DNA of 5,787 nucleotides from a virus (Duplodnaviria; Heunggongvirae; Uroviricota; Caudoviricetes): IMG/VR virus record IMGVR_UViG_2623620501_000014, positions 1 to 5,787 of that record; one strand, 5' to 3'. Shown piece by piece: positions 1 to 5,787 of this stretch (position 1 is its first letter; each line of letters starts with the position of its first letter). The notes under the pieces were generated by a model. It saw only the letters and a program-made list of their open reading frames with translations, ran no database searches and was not told where the DNA came from. The position numbers and the translations under genes were made by a program.

Positions 1-552
1 TTATTTTGCCAACGCCAGTTTAATGCTTTCCATCACAATGGGATCTTCCGGCGTCATATCCGGGGAAAAACGCTGGATGACTTTTCCGTCCCTGCCAACC
101 AGGAATTTTTCAAAATTCCATAAAATATCATCCGGGTACAGCGGTGCACGGCCTTTGCTGACCATACGGGCATAGAATCCGCTCTCTTCCGGCGCGACTG
201 CGGTCGGCGCTGCGGCAATCAATTTTTGATACAGCGGATGGCGTCCTTCGCCATTAACTTCAATCTTACTGAACATCGGGAACGTCACCCCCCATGTGGT
301 GGTACAGTAAGTTTTAATCTCTTCATCGCTGCCCGGTTCTTGTTCCAGAAACTGGTTGCACGGGAATCCCAGCACCACAAAACCTCGATCGGCCCAGGCT
401 TTCTGAATATTCTCCAACTGCTCATATTGCGGCGTTAAGCCACACTTTGAGGCGACATTGACAATCAACAGCACATTACCGGCGTACTTCTCCAGCGTGG
501 TCACTTCACCGTCGATATCTTTCACTACGGTCGTCAGAATGGAATCTTGCAT
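1..552 (-). CDS. btuE: Glutathione/thioredoxin peroxidase BtuE, complete (183 aa)
   Basis: Minus-strand ORF with ATG at 552-550 and TAA at 3-1. Translation MQDSILTTVVKDIDGE... carries the GPx active-site context NVASKCG and matches the length and sequence I recall for E. coli BtuE. Sits 62 bp downstream of btuC as in the btuCED operon. Confidence 0.93.
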   Translation of the reverse strand: MQDSILTTVVKDIDGEVTTLEKYAGNVLLIVNVASKCGLTPQYEQLENIQKAWADRGFVVLGFPCNQFLEQEPGSDEEIKTYCTTTWGVTFPMFSKIEVNGEGRHPLYQKLIAAAPTAVAPEESGFYARMVSKGRAPLYPDDILWNFEKFLVGRDGKVIQRFSPDMTPEDPIVMESIKLALAK

Positions 553-614
553 CGTTTCTCCTGGGTGTGGTCAGTAAAAATCTTAGCTTTTAATCATAGA
601 CCGTCTTTTTGCGG

Positions 615-1595
615 CTAACGTCTTGCTTTTAACAATAACCAGATAAACACCGGCGCACCCAACGTTGCGGTGACCACGCCAATAGGCAGCTCTGCGGCAG
701 CTAATGCCAGGCGCGCTACAATATCGGCCAGCAGCAATGCGCTCGCCCCTGCCAGCGCGCAGCCGGGAAGTAATACGCGATGATCGGTTAAACCACACAG
801 CCGGAGAATATGTGGGATCACCAGACCAATAAAGCCGATAGCACCCGCCAGCGCCACACTGACGCCAACCATCCAGCCGGTCGCTGCCACCAGCACATTG
901 CGCCAGAACCACAGGGGTAAACCCAGTTGCCGCGCCGAGATCTCGCCAAGTGCTAACATATTCATCGGCCTGGACTGACAACAGATCCACAACAACACGG
1001 GGATCAATGCCAGCATCAGCCAGCTTTGCCGCCAGTCTACGCCGCCAAAACCGCCCATCATCCAGTACATCAGCTGACGCAAATCAACTGAGGTGGAAAA
1101 GTAGATAGCCCACGTCATTAGTGCGCTACAGATAATCCCTAATGCAACGCCAGCCAGCAATAACCGACTGGTCGAAAGATGACGACGGGCGAAACGTAAG
1201 AGTATTAAAGTGATGATAAGCGCGCCAGCAATCGCACACAGCCCTAGCGCCCAGTTGGGGAGTTGCCCTTGCCCAAGCAATACCGCGGCGATAAGCCCCA
1301 CGCCTGCGCCGTTAGAGACGCCAAGTAGTCCAGGTTCTGCCAGAGGATTTTCAAACAACGCCTGCATTACAGCGCCGGATATAGCCAGCGCCGCACCAAC
1401 CAGCAATACAGCCAGCGTACGTGGCAGGCGAATTTGCCAGACGAACAGTTCGCCACGAGGAGTAAACCAGTCACCTGGCGAGATCCATTGTTCACCGGCG
1501 CAAAGGCTTAAGAGAAGCGCCAGCAGCATCAAAACTGACAGGCATAATAACCAGCGAATATTTTGTCGCTGTTGTTGGCGGGCAAGTGTCAGCAT
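615..1595 (-). CDS. btuC: Vitamin B12 ABC importer permease BtuC (326 aa)
   Basis: Minus-strand ORF with ATG at 1595-1593, 326 aa, highly hydrophobic multi-helix protein ([29 protein letters not shown]...). Recognised as E. coli BtuC, of the FecCD-type permease family; followed by btuE. Confidence 0.94.
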   Translation of the reverse strand: MLTLARQQQRQNIRWLLCLSVLMLLALLLSLCAGEQWISPGDWFTPRGELFVWQIRLPRTLAVLLVGAALAISGAVMQALFENPLAEPGLLGVSNGAGVGLIAAVLLGQGQLPNWALGLCAIAGALIITLILLRFARRHLSTSRLLLAGVALGIICSALMTWAIYFSTSVDLRQLMYWMMGGFGGVDWRQSWLMLALIPVLLWICCQSRPMNMLALGEISARQLGLPLWFWRNVLVAATGWMVGVSVALAGAIGFIGLVIPHILRLCGLTDHRVLLPGCALAGASALLLADIVARLALAAAELPIGVVTATLGAPVFIWLLLKARR

Positions 1596-1653
1596 GGTAT
1601 CCGTTCTGCTGAAGTGTCATGGCGTTGATTTTACGGTGACTCTTCGACAGTGA

Positions 1654-1678
1654 AAAGAAAAAAGGCCGCAGAGCGGCC
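1654..1678 (-). terminator. Rho-independent terminator, minus-strand specific
   Basis: Perfect 6-bp GC stem GGCCGC/GCGGCC (1664-1669 / 1673-1678) with a 3-nt loop. On the minus-strand RNA it is followed by UUUUUUCUUUU (plus A-run 1654-1663); on the plus strand the trailing sequence is AUAACC, not U-rich. Lies between the last prophage cargo gene and btuC. Confidence 0.6.
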
Positions 1679-1693
1679 ATAACCACAGACAAA

Positions 1694-1725
1694 AATCAAT
1701 AAGTTAGATAATTATCAAATACTTA
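1694..1725. promoter_or_regulatory. Two tandem IHF-consensus matches in an AT-rich tract (candidate att arm)
   Basis: AATCAATAAGTTA (1694-1706) and TATCAAATACTTA (1713-1725) both fit WATCAANNNNTTR. They lie in the non-coding AT-rich stretch between the host terminator and the first prophage gene. P2-type integrases are known to use IHF. AT-rich DNA can match this by chance. Confidence 0.3.
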
Positions 1726-1787
1726 CAGACACGTAAAAACACAACTAACCACAACAAGTAACAGAGATGTGGTCACTTTGTGGATCA

Positions 1788-2237
1788 TCAGCCAACAAAT
1801 TTTGCAATTAAATACGTAGCCGCCGCTGTAAAAAGCGAAGTAAAGACGGCTATACACACGGGTATAATGATGCCACTCAACCGCCACTTCGTATTATCAT
1901 CAACTTTGTCAAACCGCCGATTCATCTCATCCATAATCTTGTCAAAGCGTTTATCCATCGCTTCGGTAATCTCACCCTTCAGGCTGTTAATGTCTGATTT
2001 GATCTGATCTTTCAGGTGAGCTGTATCAGATTTAAGCTCCCCTTTCAGATTCGCAATATCGCATTTAAGATCACCTTTCAGATGTGCTGTGTCTGCTTTG
2101 AGCTCACCTTTCACCTCACCAACATCGGCTTTGGTTGAAAGGTTTGTAGCGCGTTCAGCAAGCGTCGCAAGGTCGTTTCTTGTTAGCGATAAATCACCTT
2201 CGAGTCGCTCAATTCGCCTTTCAAGTTTATCTGACAT
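1788..2237 (-). CDS. Hypothetical tail-anchored coiled-coil membrane protein with five 11-residue repeats (149 aa from the ATG; 186 aa if it starts at in-frame GTG 2348)
   Basis: ATG at 2237-2235 preceded by GGAGGTGG (Shine-Dalgarno-like); TAA at 1790-1788. N-terminal charged helical region (MSDKLERRIERLEGDL...), five hendecad repeats of consensus xDxAxLKGELK, then a C-terminal ~29-residue hydrophobic segment (LSGIIIPVCIAVFTSLFTAAATYLIAKFVG). No family recognised. Confidence 0.7.
   Translation of the reverse strand: MSDKLERRIERLEGDLSLTRNDLATLAERATNLSTKADVGEVKGELKADTAHLKGDLKCDIANLKGELKSDTAHLKDQIKSDINSLKGEITEAMDKRFDKIMDEMNRRFDKVDDNTKWRLSGIIIPVCIAVFTSLFTAAATYLIAKFVG
1966..2130. repeat. Five imperfect tandem 33-bp repeats inside the coiled-coil CDS
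   Basis: Units at about 1966-1998, 1999-2031, 2032-2064, 2065-2097 and 2098-2130, sharing the core TTAAGnTCnCCTTTCAG. Each encodes one 11-residue repeat on the minus strand (SDINSLKGEIT / SDTAHLKDQIK / CDIANLKGELK / ADTAHLKGDLK / ADVGEVKGELK). Confidence 0.8.
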
Positions 2238-2348
2238 TCCACCTCCACTATTACCGCCTCCTCCACTGAAAGATGGGCCATCATCAAAAGAGTTGCTAAT
2301 GCCATCACGAATGGGGGTTACGCCATGCCCGCTTTTAGCACACGCCAC

Positions 2349-2747
2349 TCAGATTCCCTCCCAATCTATATATCCTTTATCTCTTGCCCAACGAACAACT
2401 GTGTGAGCTGTATATGTGGATGTGAAGCCGCAATAAGAACATGACACTTCATACCGGAAATTGTAGATGCTAATGGGGCCGTTCTCCTTACGTATGGGAG
2501 TGACATATTCCCAATCATTTGAATCATCATAATCATCAAGTTCAGGATCAGTGCCGTGAACAACCGTATGTGGAACAAATAAATCTGGGCGTCCACACGA
2601 GAGACAAGAGGTTTTAGCACCTCTATCTGTGAGAAATTGAATAAATAATTTGGGCGTAATTTTCTGCAAGGCCTGCACATGCTCACGTTCCTTATCATTA
2701 AGAGGCCTGCCAAGATATAGAAAATCATCAAATTTAAGAGGCTTCAT
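2349..2747 (-). CDS. Hypothetical Cys4 zinc-ribbon-like protein (132 aa)
   Basis: ATG at 2747-2745 with GGAG 9 nt upstream; TGA at 2351-2349. Two CxxC pairs (CLSCG and CSYCG) about 55 residues apart and an acidic patch (DPELDDYDDSNDWEY). Start overlaps the 3' end of the integrase gene by 14 nt. The ORF-track version begins 5 codons earlier at a TTG. No family recognised. Confidence 0.65.
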   Translation of the reverse strand: MKPLKFDDFLYLGRPLNDKEREHVQALQKITPKLFIQFLTDRGAKTSCLSCGRPDLFVPHTVVHGTDPELDDYDDSNDWEYVTPIRKENGPISIYNFRYEVSCSYCGFTSTYTAHTVVRWARDKGYIDWEGI

Positions 2748-3726
2748 ATACGGCTTCTCCAAGAGGATTAAATTTCACCGCATCCTGCAAGTAATCCGGC
2801 GCAAGATGGGCATAAATCATCGTTGTCTGAATCTTTGCGTGCCCCAGAATTTTCTGGAGCGTCAGAATATTGCCGCCGTTCATCATGAAATGACTGGCGA
2901 AGGTGTGGCGCAGCGCATGAACAGCCTGGCCATCAGGGACATCAGGTGCGACCGTTTTGATGACATCGCGAACCAATGGATAATCCAGCGTCGGAAACAC
3001 CAGTTTCCCGCCCCGTTTTTTGATCTTTTCAAACAGGCTTTCAGAAATAGGAACGGTACGGTTTTTGTTGTTCTTCGTTTTTGAAAAAGTGATTCGACAA
3101 TGAAGAACACGGCGCTGCTCCAGTGCCGCTACCTCGCCCCATCGCGCCCCGGTCGACAGAAGGATTTCGACAGCCAGCCGTTCATCGGGATTTTCAGCCA
3201 GTGCATCCAGCAACTGAACACATTCAGACTTACTCAGATATCCCATTTCGCGCTCGTTAACCTTCATTCCTTTAAGGCCTTGAACGGGGTTATCGTTAAG
3301 AAAATGGCCGGATGAGATGAGTGCGGTAAACATCGCGCTTAACGCCCCAATCTCTCGATTTATGGTGCTGGGCTGTATCCCCTGCTCTATCCTGGACACA
3401 CGTAGCTCGGTGAGCATCGTTGTATTAAGTTTATGCACGCACGGGTCATCCATTGCCTCACTCAAGCGCAGCAATTTAAGGCGCGTGTTATGCCCTGACT
3501 TCATTAGCTGGCCGTGGTATTTCCACCACAAGTCAATAAGCACTGACAGAGGACGGCGATCAATAGAGTTTCCTTTCCACTCATTGTTATGCTGTTGCGC
3601 CAGCACCCACCGCTCATATAAAACTGCATCCGATTTCGTTTTAAATTTTTTACGAATGCGTTTGCCTTTACGCCCCTCCGGGCGCATGTCAAGAAGATAC
3701 CCTCCCGGAATTGATTTTATGCTCAT
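2734..3726 (-). CDS. int: P2-type tyrosine integrase (site-specific recombinase), 330 aa
   Basis: ATG at 3726-3724 (MSIKSIPGGYLLDMRPEGRKGKRIRKKF...), TAA at 2736-2734. C-terminal catalytic signature HALRHTFASHFMMNGGNILTLQKILGHAKIQTTMIYAHLAPDYL (R, H-x-x-R, Y), plus LSTGARWGE and TVPISE blocks. These resemble phage P2 Int as I recall it. The ORF-track 380-aa form extends into the C gene and is not used. Confidence 0.92.
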   Translation of the reverse strand: MSIKSIPGGYLLDMRPEGRKGKRIRKKFKTKSDAVLYERWVLAQQHNNEWKGNSIDRRPLSVLIDLWWKYHGQLMKSGHNTRLKLLRLSEAMDDPCVHKLNTTMLTELRVSRIEQGIQPSTINREIGALSAMFTALISSGHFLNDNPVQGLKGMKVNEREMGYLSKSECVQLLDALAENPDERLAVEILLSTGARWGEVAALEQRRVLHCRITFSKTKNNKNRTVPISESLFEKIKKRGGKLVFPTLDYPLVRDVIKTVAPDVPDGQAVHALRHTFASHFMMNGGNILTLQKILGHAKIQTTMIYAHLAPDYLQDAVKFNPLGEAVYEAS

Positions 3727-3775
3727 TCGTGAAACCCCAGCGTTACAAGACCACCATGCCCCCAGCGCTCCATGA

Positions 3776-4087
3776 TTAGCCGGGCTGTGTGCCAGTCTTG
3801 CGGGGTTTTTGAGAAGGCGATGTGCTTTTTGGCCCATCAGGGGAGAGAGACGGACTGATCTGCCCAGCAGCCTCATTTGTTTCGTTACTCATCAACCACG
3901 TGGTGTATTTTTTAAAGTTCGGATGCATTGTGATTTTCAGTAAAACCTCCGTCCCCACACCTCTAATACCAGTCTCATATTGCTTAACTGTACCAACCGC
4001 AATACCTATTGAATCCGCGAACTTTGCCTGGCTAAGTCCCTCAGATTCTCGAATTGCTTTTAGCTTCTTTGATATCTCTATTGACAT
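3776..4087 (-). CDS. P2 C-type immunity repressor (short HTH repressor), 103 aa
   Basis: ATG at 4087-4085 with AGGTG 6 nt upstream; TAA at 3778-3776. Sequence MSIEISKKLKAIRESEGLSQAKFADSIGIAVGTVKQYETG...FKKYTTWLMSN...GQISPSL resembles the P2 C repressor as I recall it (helix-turn-helix, KYT-W-M-N block). Lies immediately upstream of int on the same strand, as in P2. Confidence 0.85.
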   Translation of the reverse strand: MSIEISKKLKAIRESEGLSQAKFADSIGIAVGTVKQYETGIRGVGTEVLLKITMHPNFKKYTTWLMSNETNEAAGQISPSLSPDGPKSTSPSQKPRKTGTQPG

Positions 4088-4182
4088 GGTGTGCACCTGA
4101 ATACTATATTGGTTATCAGTTGAGTACCACTTGACGCTACAAAAAGCCACAAATAGCACCAGATTGAATAGGTTATCACATC
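4081..4182. promoter_or_regulatory. Lysis/lysogeny switch region: candidate rightward early promoter and direct-repeat operator pair
   Basis: Plus strand TTGACA (4081-4086), 18-bp spacer, TATATT (4105-4110), a near-consensus sigma70 promoter pointing at the cox-like gene. Minus strand TATAGT (complement of 4103-4108) upstream of C. Direct repeats AT(T/A)GGTTATCA at 4108-4118 and 4168-4178, exactly 60 bp apart. Confidence 0.5.
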
Positions 4183-4461
4183 ATGGCAAAAGTCCTGAAC
4201 ACATACGAACAAGCGGATTTTGAGCGTTTGGCGGCGTTCTACCCATACCGTGATGAGCATGGGTTACCTGTGCTTGAAGAAAGCCTGGAAGATTACGCGA
4301 AACGCACGAATCAAAGCATTCTTGCGGTAAGAAGGCAGGCCGACAGATCAGTAATCCCCGTCACCCAAGAAGGAAGAAACACAAAACGCAAAGTAAACCT
4401 TTTCGCAATATTCCTGAAAACAATCAGGAGCGCAGAGAAATACGTGCAGATGACAAAATAA
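4183..4461 (+). CDS. Cox-like small DNA-binding protein (excisionase/early-switch regulator), 92 aa
   Basis: First gene of the rightward operon, divergent from C, about 90 aa. Contains an AVRR-containing segment (SILAVRRQADRSVIPV) reminiscent of the P2 Cox helix-turn-helix as I recall it. ATG at 4183, TAA at 4459-4461; Shine-Dalgarno sequence is weak. Confidence 0.65.
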   Translation: MAKVLNTYEQADFERLAAFYPYRDEHGLPVLEESLEDYAKRTNQSILAVRRQADRSVIPVTQEGRNTKRKVNLFAIFLKTIRSAEKYVQMTK

Positions 4462-4475
4462 CGAGGTGTCATTTT

Positions 4476-4814
4476 ATGCTGAAGCAACGCCGTAATTTTC
4501 GTACCGGAACAGAACGCCACGCTAACCGTTTCACTACCAGTGCATCACGCAGCAACATCCGCTACAGCCTGAGTGATACACACGCAACGCCGGATGGCTA
4601 CCCAGTAAAACAAATCGGCGAGCACGCCTGGCTGATTGAGAAAGCTGGAATCGTGATCCACAAATGCCCACGCAATCCGTTTACCGGAAACCGCATTTTT
4701 GCATTGAGCTGCGGCGACAATCACTTCGGGCAGGATTTCACATTATACGAAGCACTACGCACGGTTGATCGTCTGCTTCGCGGGCAAAGTTTTATTAAAC
4801 AGGCTGATTTATAA
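4476..4814 (+). CDS. Hypothetical early protein (112 aa)
   Basis: ATG at 4476 preceded by GAGGTG at 7-nt spacing; TAA at 4812-4814. Tightly packed after the cox-like gene. No recognisable motif. Confidence 0.65.
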   Translation: MLKQRRNFRTGTERHANRFTTSASRSNIRYSLSDTHATPDGYPVKQIGEHAWLIEKAGIVIHKCPRNPFTGNRIFALSCGDNHFGQDFTLYEALRTVDRLLRGQSFIKQADL

Positions 4815-4824
4815 CAGGTGCTTT

Positions 4825-5103
4825 ATGACCAAAGAGCATGCACAAGGTGTATTTATCCGTTTTATTGATTTTCGCGGTGAACTGTTATTACGCGCATCAG
4901 CCATTGACGGAGTTGTTCCATCCGAAAAAAACGCAGCTACTTACGTTTATCTGAACGGTACGCGCCTGACTGTGGAGCTTCCGTACCAGACCGTGCGAGA
5001 AATCATTAGCGAAGCTGAAAAGGCACGTCAGGTTAATGGCGATGAACCATATATCGAAATTATTTGTATGGATTCAGAAGCTGGAATTCAGAAAGCAGAT
5101 TAA
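4825..5103 (+). CDS. Hypothetical early protein (92 aa)
   Basis: ATG at 4825 preceded by CAGGTG; 10-nt gap from the previous stop. The ORF-track start at 4765 is an upstream out-of-operon extension overlapping the preceding gene and is rejected. Stop at 5101-5103. Confidence 0.6.
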   Translation: MTKEHAQGVFIRFIDFRGELLLRASAIDGVVPSEKNAATYVYLNGTRLTVELPYQTVREIISEAEKARQVNGDEPYIEIICMDSEAGIQKAD

Positions 5104-5114
5104 AGGGCGCTGCG

Positions 5115-5357
5115 ATGGGCAAAGAATATAAAACTCTCATTAACAAAGCACTTGAACGATTTTATTTTCGCTTAAGTGCATCAGGCGCTCATGCTGAACG
5201 TGCAGCCCGTGACTCATTGACCAGGGCAATCCGGAGTTTGTATGACGTCGCTTTTTACGCTGATGATCTGGATGCACTTAACGAACTTTCCGAGCTGATC
5301 TGTGCCGCAGAATGCGGGGAACATATTGAACCGTATAAGCTGGGGAATATCGCATGA
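5115..5357 (+). CDS. Hypothetical early protein (80 aa)
   Basis: ATG at 5115 with AAGGG upstream; TGA at 5355-5357. The ORF-track start at 5064 overlaps the previous gene, so the internal ATG is preferred. Confidence 0.6.
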   Translation: MGKEYKTLINKALERFYFRLSASGAHAERAARDSLTRAIRSLYDVAFYADDLDALNELSELICAAECGEHIEPYKLGNIA

Positions 5358-5467
5358 GTATATTTATCTCATGGCTTGTTCTGATTATTTCGGTGGCCTG
5401 CGCCATTGGGATTATGCGAATTATTCATTCAGTAAAAAAGACTGAACGCTTTTTCACTGGCGAATAA
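5354..5467 (+). CDS. Small hydrophobic protein (37 aa), possible single-pass membrane peptide
   Basis: ATG at 5354 overlaps the TGA of the previous gene (ATGA overlap). Translation MSIFISWLVLIISVACAIGIMRIIHSVKKTERFFTGE: hydrophobic core followed by a basic tail. Absent from the ORF track (too short). Confidence 0.4.
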   Translation: MSIFISWLVLIISVACAIGIMRIIHSVKKTERFFTGE

Positions 5468-5558
5468 CAGCTTAAACAAAACACCAGATTAAACCCGAAA
5501 ACCTGAAAACTATCCGCATTCGCGGAGGTATTCGCACACGTAAATAACGGAGATATAA

Positions 5559-5787
5559 AATGAACACAAAAGAAGAAGGCATTATCAACACATTAAAAAA
5601 AATATCAGAAGCGGAAGATGAAATGGCTAAAGATGCCGTGAAGCGTAGCCAACATATGGCAGCACTTCACGCACTGACCATTGCAAAAATCACCGCTGAC
5701 GCAGCCAAAATTATTGAGGAACAGAGCAAAGAAATCGACACTCTTAAAACACAGTCAACAGTTGCAGCCATGAATCCGTCCAGCATT
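5559..5787 (+). CDS. Hypothetical protein, 5' part only (76 codons, runs off the window end)
   Basis: ATG at 5559 with GGAG 7 nt upstream; open to the last base of the window. Translation MNTKEEGIINTLKKISEAEDEMAKDAVKRSQHMAALHALTIAKITADAAKIIEEQSKEIDTLKTQ..., helical and charged. Confidence 0.55.

Larger units (their letters stand above)
1679..5787. mobile_element. Left arm of a P2-like prophage (att side through int, C, cox-like early operon); continues beyond window end
   Basis: P2-type gene order and orientation: leftward C repressor then integrase, and a divergent rightward Cox-like gene plus small early genes. Abuts conserved host genes btuCE, and base composition looks more AT-rich than the btu genes by eye. 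The exact host/phage junction is not resolvable from this window; it probably lies between about 1679 and 1787. Confidence 0.8.

Noticed and set aside
583-1692. ORFs 583..990 (-), 1210..1653 (+) and 1492..1692 (-) overlapping btuC
   Set aside because: Alternative-frame or antisense ORFs inside a well-supported conserved gene. Their translations are Arg/Ala/Pro/Ser-rich, as expected from frame-shifted GC-rich coding DNA.
1596-1787. A tRNA or small RNA gene as the integration target in the btuC-proximal spacer
   Set aside because: No cloverleaf-compatible sequence (acceptor stem, T-loop GTTC-like motif) is visible in this AT-rich stretch. The only strong structure is the terminator hairpin.
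1966-2130. Tandem 33-bp repeats as a CRISPR array
   Set aside because: The units are directly adjacent with no spacers, are imperfect in a codon-preserving way, and lie inside an ORF whose product shows matching 11-residue periodicity. No cas genes are present.
2300-2351. TGA at 2351-2349 as a selenocysteine codon
   Set aside because: I could not identify a convincing SECIS-like stem-loop immediately downstream of the TGA by eye, and nothing about the protein suggests a selenoenzyme. Nonsense split or ordinary readthrough are more economical explanations.
1780-2731. ORFs 1780..2007 (+), 2089..2406 (+) and 2366..2731 (-) overlapping the cargo genes
   Set aside because: Antisense or out-of-frame relative to ORFs that have Shine-Dalgarno sequences and structured protein features (zinc ribbon, hendecad repeats). 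The 2089..2406 product is a Ser/Pro-rich mirror of the Gly-rich and repeat region.
2734-3876. 380-aa integrase ORF from the six-frame track (start at 3876)
   Set aside because: The extra 50 N-terminal codons overlap the 3' end of the C repressor gene and have no counterpart in P2-type integrases. The internal ATG at 3726 (MSIKS...) gives a 330-aa protein of typical length with a GGGG Shine-Dalgarno-like element upstream.
2650-4520. ORFs 2650..3084 (+), 2883..3110 (-), 3100..3315 (+), 3317..3775 (+), 3504..3692 (-), 3822..4100 (+), 4078..4260 (-) and 4311..4520 (-)
   Set aside because: All lie antisense to or out of frame within the integrase, C repressor or cox-like genes, or span the switch region. 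None has a convincing start context and all are explained by the stronger overlapping gene.
4765-5357. Long forms of ORFs 4765..5103 and 5064..5357 starting at the track coordinates
   Set aside because: The upstream starts overlap the preceding genes by 50 nt. Internal ATGs at 4825 and 5115, with Shine-Dalgarno-like sequences and short intergenic gaps, fit an operon layout better.

Overview
The window is a chromosome/prophage junction of E. coli type. Left (1-1595, minus strand) are the 3' two-thirds of the conserved vitamin B12 transport operon: btuC (permease) and btuE (glutathione peroxidase), both complete. Upstream of btuC, where E. coli K-12 carries ihfA (from memory), there is instead the left arm of a P2-like temperate prophage. 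It comprises a minus-strand intrinsic terminator, an AT-rich tract with two IHF-consensus matches (probable att arm), and then on the minus strand a P2 C-type repressor, a P2-type tyrosine integrase and, between integrase and att, two small cargo ORFs. The cargo ORFs are a Cys4 zinc-ribbon-like protein and a coiled-coil, C-terminally membrane-anchored protein built from five 11-residue repeats. They lie in the same reading frame, separated by a single TGA, and are the best candidate for an undescribed accessory system. Right of the repressor is a switch region and a rightward early operon: a Cox-like gene, three small hypothetical genes, a 37-aa hydrophobic micro-ORF and a gene truncated by the window end. 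All calls rest on reading the translations and sequence motifs by eye; no database search was run.
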